Of a DNA stretch of 32,000 bases, positions 1 through 10,035 are shown one piece after another. Both the position numbers and the translations under genes were made by a program. Origin of the DNA: Wolbachia endosymbiont of Onchocerca ochengi (GTDB taxonomy: Bacteria; Pseudomonadota; Alphaproteobacteria; Rickettsiales; Anaplasmataceae); assembly GCF_000306885.1 (NCBI RefSeq), contig NC_018267.1, forward strand, positions 90,001-122,000. Direction: 5' to 3'. A model generated the notes under the pieces. That model saw only the letters and a list, made by a program, of their open reading frames with translations, had not been told where the DNA came from and did not search any database. Each line of letters opens with the position of its first letter. Position 1 is the stretch's first letter.

Positions 1-562
1 GCTCACTTAAAAAATCAAAGTCAACAAAATCCATATTCTGGTCTTGATTAATGCAACTATAAACAAAACTCTCTTCTCCTGTTTCCAGGTTTATATGCCG
101 TTGCACACATTGAGCGCAAATTCCTTTCATCATACACTGCATAGGAGAATTAATTGACGATACTGCCACGTGGTCAGATTTCAGATATGGCTTTAAAACT
201 GTTTTCCTAGCTTCATTTACAGCTTTCATCATTTTATCAGAGCCGATAGTAATAATTTTATCTATAGCACCTAAATCAATCGTAGTATCACCTAATATTC
301 CCTGTTGATAAGAGATTATCGCATTAACTATATTACCATGAAAAGATTTGTCTTGACTTCTGCTTGTTTCTATCCACCCCTCTTCACATGCCCAAACCAC
401 CGTATTCGACGCATATTCTATCAGTGCTTGTTTAAATAGATCATTTAATTTTTTATAGCCAGCAAAGTACAGAACCTTATTATTATTTTTAAGGTATGCC
501 TTTCCTATTGGGAATAACACTGCATTTCCGACCCCACCACCGATTAGCATTATGTTTTTCAT
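1..562 (-). CDS. PyrK/GltD-like FAD/NAD(P) oxidoreductase, N-terminal part; gene continues beyond left edge of window
   Basis: Manual minus-strand translation from ATG at 562: MKNIMLIGGGVGNAVLFPIGKAYLKNNNKVLYFAGYKK... with GGGVGNA dinucleotide-binding motif and later CMMKGICAQCVQRH...C Cys cluster typical of PyrK-type [2Fe-2S] domains; open to window edge. Confidence 0.6.
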   Translation of the reverse strand, partial: MKNIMLIGGGVGNAVLFPIGKAYLKNNNKVLYFAGYKKLNDLFKQALIEYASNTVVWACEEGWIETSRSQDKSFHGNIVNAIISYQQGILGDTTIDLGAIDKIITIGSDKMMKAVNEARKTVLKPYLKSDHVAVSSINSPMQCMMKGICAQCVQRHINLETGEESFVYSCINQDQNMDFVDFDFLSE

Positions 563-592
563 GTTTTTCCTTCTATTTTCCTACATGTGATA

Positions 593-680
593 CGGAAAAG
601 GGGGGATTCGAACCCCCGGACATATCTTTATATGTGCACGCTTTCCAAGCGTGTGCTTTAAACCACTCAGCCACCTTTCC
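593..680 (-). tRNA. tRNA-Ser (anticodon GGA)
   Basis: Reverse complement GGAAAGGTGGCTGAGTGGTTTAAAGCACACGCTTGGAAAGCGTG...GTCCGGGGGTTCGAATCCCCCCTTTTCCG folds as class II tRNA: acceptor GGAAAGG/CTTTTCC, anticodon stem CACGC/GCGTG with loop TTGGAAA, long variable arm, T-arm GGGGG-TTCGAAT-CCCCC. Confidence 0.95.
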
Positions 681-1529
681 ACATACTATATAATATTAAA
701 AGTAGTACCATTAAGCAAGTTCAGTTATAAAAACTAGGTATATAAGGTTCACAACAAAAATTTACAATATTGTTAAACTTACTTTCACGTATTGAAAACA
801 TTTTATCGCAATTTACGAGTATTAAATATTATTCATCTCTGGCAAAATCTGCTATGGATGTACGGTGAATAATGCAATTACTTTATCCTTATACCTTTCC
901 ATACAACTTCAAATTCTGTGTGTAGCACTGAATTAAAGAATTTAACCAACTTCAACAATAAGTCCCTCTGTTTAATACTACTTTGCCAGTTCCAAATACA
1001 AATTCATCTTTTTCTGGCCAAAATCCCTATTTATAACTTACAAGAAACACCTCAAACTTACAAAAAGTTGCACTTCTCTGATAAAATATCTTCTTCTTTC
1101 ATATTACCACTATTTAATATTCCCTTAGTTTCTAGGCTATCAGCCTTTAAATCTACATTCAGTATTATGCTACTAGTTATAAATCAACTTAAAGATTTAT
1201 AAAACATACTATTAATGCTCAAATTCTCATCATAATCAATGAATCTTATTATTTTTCTATTATAAGCATTGATCTTTCAGTAATAGCAATAGTAAACAAT
1301 TCCCTAGCTAAATGGGTTTTCAATGTAATTTGCATAGGTTCCTTCTATCTAATCATCTAATCGATTAAACTTGAAAAACGGACGGCAAATAAGATATTGC
1401 CATAGTAACAAAAAATTATAGAACACTACTTGCAAAAATAGTATATCAAATATTACATAGTTCAATAAGGACAAGATCCACGTGAAAATATACAGTATAA
1501 CACTGAATAACAATAAAAGTAAAAGAAAG

Positions 1530-3902
1530 TTAAATATCAATATCATGCACATTAAGTGCATTATTATTGATAAAATCACGGCGTGGTTCAACCATGTCAC
1601 CCATTAGCACTGAGAATATGTTATCTGCCTCTTCACAATTTTTTATTTCAACTTTTAGTAAAGTCCTAGTTTCCGGATTGAGCGTAGTTTCCCAAAGCTG
1701 ATCAGCATTCATCTCGCCAAGACCTTTAAATCTCTGCAGAGTTAAACCTTTTTTGCCGTAGTCCATCATCGTTTTTGCAAGTGCACTCGGAGATTTAACC
1801 TTTATTTCAGTTTCTTGTGATTTTAAAAATGAATCACCATTAAATAAGTCAATTATATCATCAAGATAACTGAGTATACTAAGTATTTCTTTACTTTCAA
1901 GTATGCTAAGTGGAAATACATACTTATCTGCTAATCCTTGAAATAATTTAGAGACATAAACTTCTTCACCTTTTACTTCTACTTCCCAAGTATATTTACT
2001 ATAGATCAACTTTAAGTATTTTAAAATCTCATTAGTAGATAATAAAGCATTTTTCTTACTTAAAATTAGTAGCGACTCTAACAGATTTTGTGGTATTTCT
2101 CTGTCATAATTTTTACTAATATTTGAAATACTAAGGCATTTATTCAAAACAAAGCGTAAATCCCTGTTTATACCATTTAATGTTAATTTTTTAACTGCTG
2201 AGTTTACTATATACTCTTCAAAGGTTTTATCATCTTTGATATAAGTATCTTTAGCATTTTTTGTAACTTTATAAAGAGGAGGCTGTGCTATATATAAATA
2301 TCCTCTTTCAATTATTTCACGCATATATCGAAAGAAAAATGTCAAGAGCAGAGTTCTAATATGTGAACCATCAACATCCGCATCTGTCATAATGATAATT
2401 TTATGGTACCTAATCTTCTTAATATCAAAATGCTCATTTCCTATTCCTGCACCAATTGCCGTAACTAAAGAACCAATTTCTGCAGATGAAAAAACACGAC
2501 CAAGTCCCACACGTTCTACATTTAAAATCTTTCCTTTTAAGGCAAGTACTGCTTGTGTTTTTCGGTTACGACCCTGCTTTGCAGAGCCACCTGCAGAATT
2601 ACCTTCTACTATAAATAACTCTGATAATTCAGGAACTTTTTCCTGACAATCAGCAAGCTTTCCAGGCAGAGTTACAATATCAATATTGCTTTTATTTTTA
2701 ACTAACTCTCGTGCTTTTCTTGCAGCTTCTCTTCCTTTGGCCGATCTGATAACTCTTTCTACTATACTTGTTGCTAATTTTGGATCAGTTTCAAGCATTG
2801 AACTTAATTTATCAAAAACTATGTTTTCTACAACTGTACGCGCTTCAGAACTAACCAATTTGTCTTTTGTTTGTGAAGAAAATTTAGGTTCAGGCATTTT
2901 GAGAGATAAAACACAAGTTAATCCCTCTCTAATATCTTCCCCAGTCAAATTTACTTTCGCTTTTTTTAAAAAACCCTCATTAATTGCATAATTATTAATA
3001 CACCTAGTTAATGCAGACCTAAACCCTGCCAAATGTGTACCACCACCCCGTTGTTTTATATTGTTTGTAAAGCACAGCATATTCTCGTAGTAGGAGTCAT
3101 TCCACTCCATCGAAACTTCTATACTGATACCAAGATCTTTTGCATCACCTCTTATACTAACAATCTTAGTAACATGTATCTTATTTTTATCTAAATATCG
3201 TATAAAATTTGCTGTGCCAAAATTACCTTCAGATTGCCTACTACCATTAAAGTAAGATTCCATACATGGTCTGCTGCGTAGGTCACGCAAAGTGATGTTG
3301 ATATTCGAATTTAAAAACGCTAGTTCTCTGATACGACCTTCAAGAGTGAAGTAGCTAAAATTAATGTTACTAAAAATTTCTATTGATGGCATAAATGTTA
3401 CTTTTGTTCCTCTTTTGTTTATGTTTTCATTCATCACCTTTAAGGGTTCAATGGACTTACCATTTTCAAAACGTATAAAATACTCTTTCTTGTTGCGCCA
3501 AATGGTTAATTCTAGCCAGCTTGATAATGCATTTACAACCGAAATCCCAACACCATGTAATCCGCCGGAAACTTTATAACTATTGTTATCAAACTTACCA
3601 CCTGCATGCAACTGGGTCATTATTACCTCCGCTGCTGACATTCCTTCTTCCTCATGAATACCAGTTGGAATGCCACGACCATTGTCAATCACAGATACTG
3701 AACCATCCTCATTTATGCTAATTTCAATTTCATTACAATACCCAGCTAAAGACTCGTCTATCGCATTGTCGACAACTTCATACACCATATGATGCAGACC
3801 AGATCCATCATCAGTGTCACCAATGTACATACCTGGACGCTTTCTTACAGCATCAAGACCTCTTAAGACTTTTATTGCATCAGCGTTGTAGTTATTTTCC
3901 AT
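1530..3902 (-). CDS. gyrB: DNA gyrase subunit B
   Basis: 790 aa; LRGLDAVRKRPGMYIGDT, EVVDNAIDE, VEGNSAGGSAKQGRNRKTQAVLALKGKILNVE, IIMTDADVDGSHIRTLLLTFFFR, QRFKGLGEMNADQLWETTL motifs. Confidence 0.98.
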   Translation of the reverse strand: MENNYNADAIKVLRGLDAVRKRPGMYIGDTDDGSGLHHMVYEVVDNAIDESLAGYCNEIEISINEDGSVSVIDNGRGIPTGIHEEEGMSAAEVIMTQLHAGGKFDNNSYKVSGGLHGVGISVVNALSSWLELTIWRNKKEYFIRFENGKSIEPLKVMNENINKRGTKVTFMPSIEIFSNINFSYFTLEGRIRELAFLNSNINITLRDLRSRPCMESYFNGSRQSEGNFGTANFIRYLDKNKIHVTKIVSIRGDAKDLGISIEVSMEWNDSYYENMLCFTNNIKQRGGGTHLAGFRSALTRCINNYAINEGFLKKAKVNLTGEDIREGLTCVLSLKMPEPKFSSQTKDKLVSSEARTVVENIVFDKLSSMLETDPKLATSIVERVIRSAKGREAARKARELVKNKSNIDIVTLPGKLADCQEKVPELSELFIVEGNSAGGSAKQGRNRKTQAVLALKGKILNVERVGLGRVFSSAEIGSLVTAIGAGIGNEHFDIKKIRYHKIIIMTDADVDGSHIRTLLLTFFFRYMREIIERGYLYIAQPPLYKVTKNAKDTYIKDDKTFEEYIVNSAVKKLTLNGINRDLRFVLNKCLSISNISKNYDREIPQNLLESLLILSKKNALLSTNEILKYLKLIYSKYTWEVEVKGEEVYVSKLFQGLADKYVFPLSILESKEILSILSYLDDIIDLFNGDSFLKSQETEIKVKSPSALAKTMMDYGKKGLTLQRFKGLGEMNADQLWETTLNPETRTLLKVEIKNCEEADNIFSVLMGDMVEPRRDFINNNALNVHDIDI

Positions 3903-5019
3903 GGAATTGCTTTATTTATAAATATTAACTAATATTATATTTGCACGTACTAATTAGCAACATTTTTAAACTGGAAGAAAAACTTTCAGCCGTAATACAT
4001 AAATAAAGCATACTAAATTACCTGTACAAAGAGATTTACATACCATCTTACAAATCTTTTCTTAATCTTCTTTTAAAAAGTTACCGAGGTTTTTCTTAGC
4101 CATTAAAAAAAATCTCGCACACCACTTCTTTACAATTCTACTGGTCTTCCGTTGATCTAACTTAATAATTACTGATGAACATAAGCCAAACAAAGATTAA
4201 AACAGTTTATCTGATGCTCTACCTGTATGACATCGACTTTAGTTACCATAAGTTGTGGATATACCTATTATATAAGAACTTTGACAAGCATATCCTCTTC
4301 ATTTTTTATATTTCCCATTCCTTAAAGGAACTGTTTAGTCTTCCATCCCTGTGCTTTCATTATTGCAAGGTTTCCAACATAAAATGAATGCTTTAGCGTT
4401 CTTCAAAATTACTCCCCCTATCCTATTGATAAACCCTCAAACACTTATGTGCTTGAGATTTTTAATCCTTTTTAAATTCATCAAGTGTCAGTCATATTTC
4501 TTCCAATTCACCTTACTGCGCATAAAATACCTCTTAACTTAGATGCCCTTTATATTATCTATGGGTTTATCAATACTTTAATTTATACTAAAACTATATT
4601 TAGATCGTGAATGGTTTGTACAATAAAAGAAAGAACATCTATTAAAATCTTGAACAGAAAGTGTATTTTTTCAATGAGCATCCAACCTTAGCAAGTTGTA
4701 AAAAGAATATAGACAGCGCTAAAAAATATATAAGAAATAATGATAAATAAGGTTAAAATAGCCTTTAATATTACCTTAATGATATTTCAGGCTAGAGGCT
4801 AATAATTTTATTTCATTTTTCTCTTGGCTTTTAAAAAAAGCTACTAAACTTTTCTAGGACAATCATCAACAGAAGGAAAAAGTACTGTACTATTACTATT
4901 TCTTTTTGTTACACCCGTTTTGAGTTCGTATATTAAATATTTGATAACCCTCTCCCTATTTTACTATCATTTTCTACCTGAGCATACTATCTAACAGACA
5001 AAAAATAGAATTTATCCAA

Positions 5020-5420
5020 CATTATCTATACCTTCCAGTATTCTCTCTATTATTAATCAAAGTCCGTATTACACTTTTATTTCTGTACAAAACAGCAAAA
5101 AGAAAAGAAGTATATTACTCAATGCTTTTTTCTCTTTACATTAATTTTGTTGCATCACATTTAGCTAGCAATTCTATAAATTCTGGCATATTTTAAAAAT
5201 TATAAGGTGCACTGGTGTTAAATAATTTTTAACACTTTTTTTAAATTTTTGTATCAATACTTGCTCTGCTTTTTATCAACAACTCCACTATTCCTAATAG
5301 TCTACATTCGACAGTAATGCATAGCAGTGTACGAATTATGTTTGTAATCATCATTAACATTCATATCATACTTTGTTAAAGTTTTATAACTTCAACATTA
5401 TTCTTCTAAATTATCCATAA
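5020..5420 (-). pseudogene. Degenerate ankyrin-repeat protein remnant
   Basis: Minus-strand fragments in shifting frames: NVEVIK..LTKYDMNVNDDYKHNSYTAMHY..., RLLGIVELLIKSRASIDTKI*, NMPEFIELLAKCDATKLM*, TSFLFAVLYRNKSVIRTLINNREN. These match the ankyrin pattern (TALHYAA..G..EIVELLLK.GADVNAK), interrupted by stops and frameshifts. Confidence 0.6.
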
Positions 5421-5778
5421 GAAGAACATATCAACCTTTACTATGTACATTAAGGTTTATTTTTAAAGCAGATAAATTCTTTTGACTAACTCCTCAATTA
5501 TTATCTTTAACTAACTTTGCTCATTTTTCCTTCTACGATATCAAAAAGCAAATTCAACTATCATAAGGACTCTCAAGTTCCTCTGAACTTGGCTTTATCT
5601 CTTGTGCCCTCTACTTTACGAGCAATACCCTTCTTTCCATTTTCTTTACTATACGAGATTGCAAACATATTAATCCCATATATTACCAAAACTTATTATT
5701 AAGTTTTCATTAATACTATACTAATAAAATTAAAGCTCTAATTAAATAAACCCGGCAAATATGGACTACCTTAATCAG

Positions 5779-6525
5779 CTACACAGTAGGCAAAAATTCT
5801 TTAATGGTCTGAAATAAAATTTCTAATGAATGATCGTCAGACATATCATGTTTTGCTGATTTCGTCAAATGCACTTCAACATCAAGTGATTTGATTTTTT
5901 TAGCTAAATTTAATGAAGTCTGATAAGGAACATCTTTATCATTAATACTATGCAACAAACGCACAGGAGAATTTATGTCTATTCTTTCTTTATTTAAAAG
6001 AAGGTTCTTCCTACCATCTTCTATTAAATTCTTAGTTATTTTATATGTACAACTCCCAGAAGTAAAATCTACTACATTTTTAGAATCTAATTCTTCTTTT
6101 TGCTTGTCTGATAACTGCTTGAATATTAAATCTTCAGTAAAATCAGGGGCAGATGATATACCAATTAACGCTGCAATCCTTTCTGGAAATTGAAGAACAG
6201 TGAGCAACATCATCCACCCTCCCATACTTGAGCCTATAATTATCTGTTTTCCACTGGTTAATTCATTAATAACTCTAGCACAATTTTTTTGCCAATCGCT
6301 TATTGTATAATCAATAAAATTTCCACTTGAAGAACCATGACCAAAATAATCAAACAGTACAAGCTCTACATTGTTTTCTTGACAAAATTTATAAATAGCA
6401 GTTGCTTTAGTTCCATTCATACTGGATGCAAAACCACTAAAAAAGGCTATAGAAGCTTTTCTCCCTTTCAACTTTCGATATGCTATATACTTACCATCTT
6501 CATCAAATAATTTACAGTAACCCAT
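5779..6525 (-). CDS. Alpha/beta hydrolase (serine aminopeptidase-like)
   Basis: GHGSS, nucleophile elbow IIIGSSMGGWMMLL, late Asp/His (NDKDVPY, KSAKHDMSDD). Track ORF starts at 6555, but internal ATG at 6525 (MGYCKLFDEDGKY) avoids overlapping the upstream gene. Confidence 0.85.
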   Translation of the reverse strand: MGYCKLFDEDGKYIAYRKLKGRKASIAFFSGFASSMNGTKATAIYKFCQENNVELVLFDYFGHGSSSGNFIDYTISDWQKNCARVINELTSGKQIIIGSSMGGWMMLLTVLQFPERIAALIGISSAPDFTEDLIFKQLSDKQKEELDSKNVVDFTSGSCTYKITKNLIEDGRKNLLLNKERIDINSPVRLLHSINDKDVPYQTSLNLAKKIKSLDVEVHLTKSAKHDMSDDHSLEILFQTIKEFLPTV

Positions 6526-6526
6526 A

Positions 6527-7054
6527 TTATTTTGGTAAATCAATCGGGTTATCACTTAATCCCCGTAAATAGCTGACCAAGTCAGCTATTTCTTGTGGGT
6601 TAGAAATACCTGCAAATGCCATGCGCGTACCTTTTATATAGGCTTTCGGATTCTTTAAAAAAACAAACAGCTCCTCATACCCCCACCTTCCACCCTTTTC
6701 GAACATTGCTTTTGAGTAATTAAATGAATCACCAAGGTGTGCTTTTTTATTTCCAACTACATTCCACAAGTTTGGCCCTACCTTATTAAGTCCACCTTTT
6801 TCAAAACTATGACAAGCTACACACTTCTTTGCAGCTAACTTACCCTTCTCGAAGCTAGCATTCTGCATGAGCGCTTGAATATCAAGCGCTACTTGTTCAA
6901 TCTTTTGCTGAGATTCACTGTCACCAGCAGCTACTATTGTTTGGTGTTCAATTTTATATTCTTCTGGACTGTAAAGCATATCAACTATATTACTGACTAT
7001 CATAATCATTAGCCCAGAAAAAAGAATCGATGCTGCAACTTTATTAAGCTCCAT
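6527..7054 (-). CDS. Membrane-anchored c-type cytochrome (CycM-like)
   Basis: N-terminal hydrophobic segment, heme motif KKCVACHSFEKGGLNKVGPNLWNVVG, distal Met region GTRMAFAG. Confidence 0.9.
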   Translation of the reverse strand: MELNKVAASILFSGLMIMIVSNIVDMLYSPEEYKIEHQTIVAAGDSESQQKIEQVALDIQALMQNASFEKGKLAAKKCVACHSFEKGGLNKVGPNLWNVVGNKKAHLGDSFNYSKAMFEKGGRWGYEELFVFLKNPKAYIKGTRMAFAGISNPQEIADLVSYLRGLSDNPIDLPK

Positions 7055-7197
7055 AGTTAATTTTCATCAACTGGTATTACTCAAGTAATACAAATTTTTT
7101 TACAAAACAGCAAGCAATTAATTTTAAAATAAATTAATTCATCTTCATAGTAGAGCCAAATCAAAAATTCTGGTAAAGTAGTTTTATTTGCAAAAAT

Positions 7198-8937
7198 ATG
7201 CTATTTGATATCGAAAAGCGCAGCATAACAAACACACTATGGAAGTTGCAAAAAGCAGATCAAAGGGAAGTCTTAACCCTAATTCAGAAGTTTGAATTAC
7301 CAGAAATATTAGCGAGAACACTTGTTACTCGCGGTGTCAATGTAGAAAACGCAGTCAACTTCTTATACCCACTAATCAGATTGCTACTACCAGATCCATT
7401 TCACCTTCTTGATATGGACAAGGCTGTTTACCGTATAATACAGGCAATAAATGATAATGAAAGCGTGGCAATATTCGGTGACTACGATGTCGATGGCGCA
7501 ACATCATCAGCATTGATTAACAGGTATCTAAGGATGATTGGTATGCACTCTATAACTTACATTCCAGATCGTATTAATGAGGGCTACGGATTAAACTCAG
7601 ATGCTTTATTACAATTTAAAAAGAAAGGTATTAACTTATGCATTTCCGTTGATTGTGGCACGCTTGGATATCAACCAATAAAAGATGCAAGAAACTTTGG
7701 CCTTGATATTATAGTTGTTGACCATCACCTTAGTACAGAAAAATTACCAAGCGCTGTGGCAGTTGTTAATCCAAACCGTCTTGATGAGAGATCTCCTTAT
7801 AGTAACCTCGCAGCAGTGGGAGTATCATTTCTTCTGATTGTTGCTCTTAACAAGAGCTTACGTGAACAGGGGTTTTTTACTAACAGAAAAGAACCAAATT
7901 TATTTGATCTGCTAGATCTGGTTGCCCTTGGTACTGTTTGCGACGCTATGCAAATTACTGGCCTTAATAGAGCATTCGTCTCGCAAGGATTAAAAATTAT
8001 GTCGACAAGAAAAAACGTTGGCTTACGCGTTTTGTCTGATGCACTAGGAATTCTTGAAAAGCCAAGTGTTTCTCGGCTTAGTTTTAACATTGGGCCATGC
8101 ATAAATGCTGGAGGAAGAATTGGAGAAGCATCTCTCGGTACAAGGTTGCTCTCTACAGACAATGAAGAAGAAGCACATTCCATTGCATCAAAACTGATAA
8201 ATTTAAATAACGCGAGAAAGATAATGGAAAATAAGGCTTTTGCGGAAGCTATAACACAAGTGGAAAAATCTATCCATTTAGGTGAAAACTTTATAATAGC
8301 AAGTGGTAATTGGCATCAAGGAATAATTGGTATAATTGCATCGAAGCTAAAAGAGCAGTTTCACTTGCCGGCAATAGTGATATCTTTAAACAATGGAATA
8401 GGGAAAGCAAGCTGCAGGTCAATTCCTGAAGTCAATATCGGTGCTGCAATCCTTTCCGCAAAGTATATGAATTTAATTATTGAAGGCGGTGGTCACAGTA
8501 TGGCAGCAGGATTTTTAATTAAAGAAGATAAAATAAATGACTTACATCACTTTTTTACTAAGAAGTTTACAAACTCCACAAATAATAGAGCTTTAAAAGC
8601 CGATGGTATAGTGACTGTTAAAGCAATAAACTTATCTCTGTGGAATCAATTACAGCGTTTAGAACCATTTGGTATTGGTAATCCTGAACCAAGATTCATT
8701 ATTCAAGGAGCAAAGATCAGAAAACCTAAAGTTGTAGGAGTTGACCATATAAAATGTTTCATTGCTGATAATGATGCTATAGTCAGAGCTATCGCGTTTC
8801 GTTCTGTAAATACTCATCTTGGTTCTGCCATCACACAGGGCAATATTGAAGCTATTTTAGGTAAAATCTCCGTAAATTACTGGAATGGTAACGAATTTGT
8901 ACAGTTTTTAATAGAAGATGCATTAACCAGTAACTAA
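7198..8937 (+). CDS. recJ: Single-stranded-DNA-specific exonuclease RecJ
   Basis: 579 aa; DHH-family motifs IFGDYDVDGATSSALI, CISVDCGTLG, VVDHHLS, and DHHA1-type region GIIASKLKEQFHLPAIVISL...GGGHSMAAGF. Confidence 0.97.
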   Translation: MLFDIEKRSITNTLWKLQKADQREVLTLIQKFELPEILARTLVTRGVNVENAVNFLYPLIRLLLPDPFHLLDMDKAVYRIIQAINDNESVAIFGDYDVDGATSSALINRYLRMIGMHSITYIPDRINEGYGLNSDALLQFKKKGINLCISVDCGTLGYQPIKDARNFGLDIIVVDHHLSTEKLPSAVAVVNPNRLDERSPYSNLAAVGVSFLLIVALNKSLREQGFFTNRKEPNLFDLLDLVALGTVCDAMQITGLNRAFVSQGLKIMSTRKNVGLRVLSDALGILEKPSVSRLSFNIGPCINAGGRIGEASLGTRLLSTDNEEEAHSIASKLINLNNARKIMENKAFAEAITQVEKSIHLGENFIIASGNWHQGIIGIIASKLKEQFHLPAIVISLNNGIGKASCRSIPEVNIGAAILSAKYMNLIIEGGGHSMAAGFLIKEDKINDLHHFFTKKFTNSTNNRALKADGIVTVKAINLSLWNQLQRLEPFGIGNPEPRFIIQGAKIRKPKVVGVDHIKCFIADNDAIVRAIAFRSVNTHLGSAITQGNIEAILGKISVNYWNGNEFVQFLIEDALTSN

Positions 8938-9489
8938 GTAATCCCATAAAACTAAATCCAAGTCTTCTGGCTTTAAGTAATTAAGTAGCTACTTATAATC
9001 AATTTTTAGTAACTAGCTAGCTTTTGTAAATAGAATTCCTACAATGCTCAACAGCACATCGTACATGTTATAAACTAAGAAACTACTTAGTAAATTTTGT
9101 CAACCCCTTCCCCTAAAACAGATCAATCTGTGCAAATTAAACGACAAGAGTATTACAATATTTAATTTTTGCGTTATGTTGCACTCTATACCTTTACAAT
9201 ATTTTTACAAGGCAGCCCCCCTTTTATCTATATTATTATATAATGTGAAAAACACACTTACAAAGTGTTTAAGGTAACACATAACTTTAATTTAAAGAAT
9301 TAAAGAATAAAACAAAACTATTTACTATAGTTTTTTTTGCCTTTTTTCTCTATTTAGTAAATCTTCTTAATATTTATGCTAAAGCAATTTAAATGCACGT
9401 AATGTACAAAAAAAATGCCATCACTTTTTCTCTGCTTAGTCTATAGGTTAAATTACACAAGACGCTATATTAAGCCTATCACAGACTTA

Positions 9490-9960
9490 TTATAGTCCAA
9501 ACTCTTCATTAATTTTATCAACTATTTCTTGTGGTGGATCTTCTCCCCATCCTGAATACAAAATCTCTCCATAATCTGCAACATCCATAGAACCAGTTCT
9601 GCTTTTTGCAAGAAACATCTCTCTCTTATCTTTACTAACTAATACATAGTGCCACGCTGACCTTCCACGATCTTTACCACGAACTAGATATATAAGATCT
9701 GATCTACTTCTTCTTGCCGCATCAACAAAGGATCTCTCATTGAGAATTCTGCTTCTGCTTTTTATGCTGCCACTTTTGGAAAAAGCTTCCTTAGGCTCAG
9801 TTTTTTTGCTTGCTAATTCAGAGATTCTCCCTCTTTCTCCTAACGCACGTTCCTTTGTATTCTGAGATGAATACTTGTTAGAAAAACTTCCCCCTGTATA
9901 ACCATAAATCCTGCTTGAAAAACGCTTAGTAAATGAATTATTATCGTTATCTTCTGTCAT
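9490..9960 (-). CDS. Conserved hypothetical protein
   Basis: 156 aa ORF with a polar, low-complexity N-terminus and a well-composed C-terminal domain (LIYLVRGKDRGRSAWHYVLVSKDKREMFLAKSRTGSMDVADYGEILYSGWGEDPP); plausible isolated gene, family not identified. Confidence 0.65.
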   Translation of the reverse strand: MTEDNDNNSFTKRFSSRIYGYTGGSFSNKYSSQNTKERALGERGRISELASKKTEPKEAFSKSGSIKSRSRILNERSFVDAARRSRSDLIYLVRGKDRGRSAWHYVLVSKDKREMFLAKSRTGSMDVADYGEILYSGWGEDPPQEIVDKINEEFGL

Positions 9961-10035
9961 AAAAGTCTCCGAACTTTAGATTGTAGAATCCAAATTTTTG
10001 CTACACTCTATTATATGTTAATCAAATTAATATAA

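Noticed and set aside
496-693. 65-aa plus-strand ORF
   Set aside because: Lies antisense to the oxidoreductase start and the tRNA-Ser; low-complexity translation.
918-1202. 94-aa plus-strand ORF
   Set aside because: Composition typical of AT-rich noise; the opposite strand looks slightly more gene-like.
2392-3721. Several ORFs opposite gyrB (2392..2646, 2686..2991, 3364..3579, 3521..3721)
   Set aside because: Antisense shadows of a strongly conserved coding gene; no independent motifs.
5215-5242. GTGTTAAA-TAATT-TTTAACAC followed by T-run, terminator-like hairpin
   Set aside because: Perfect but AT-dominated stem inside the ankyrin relic with no gene ending nearby on the plus strand; likely chance in AT-rich sequence.
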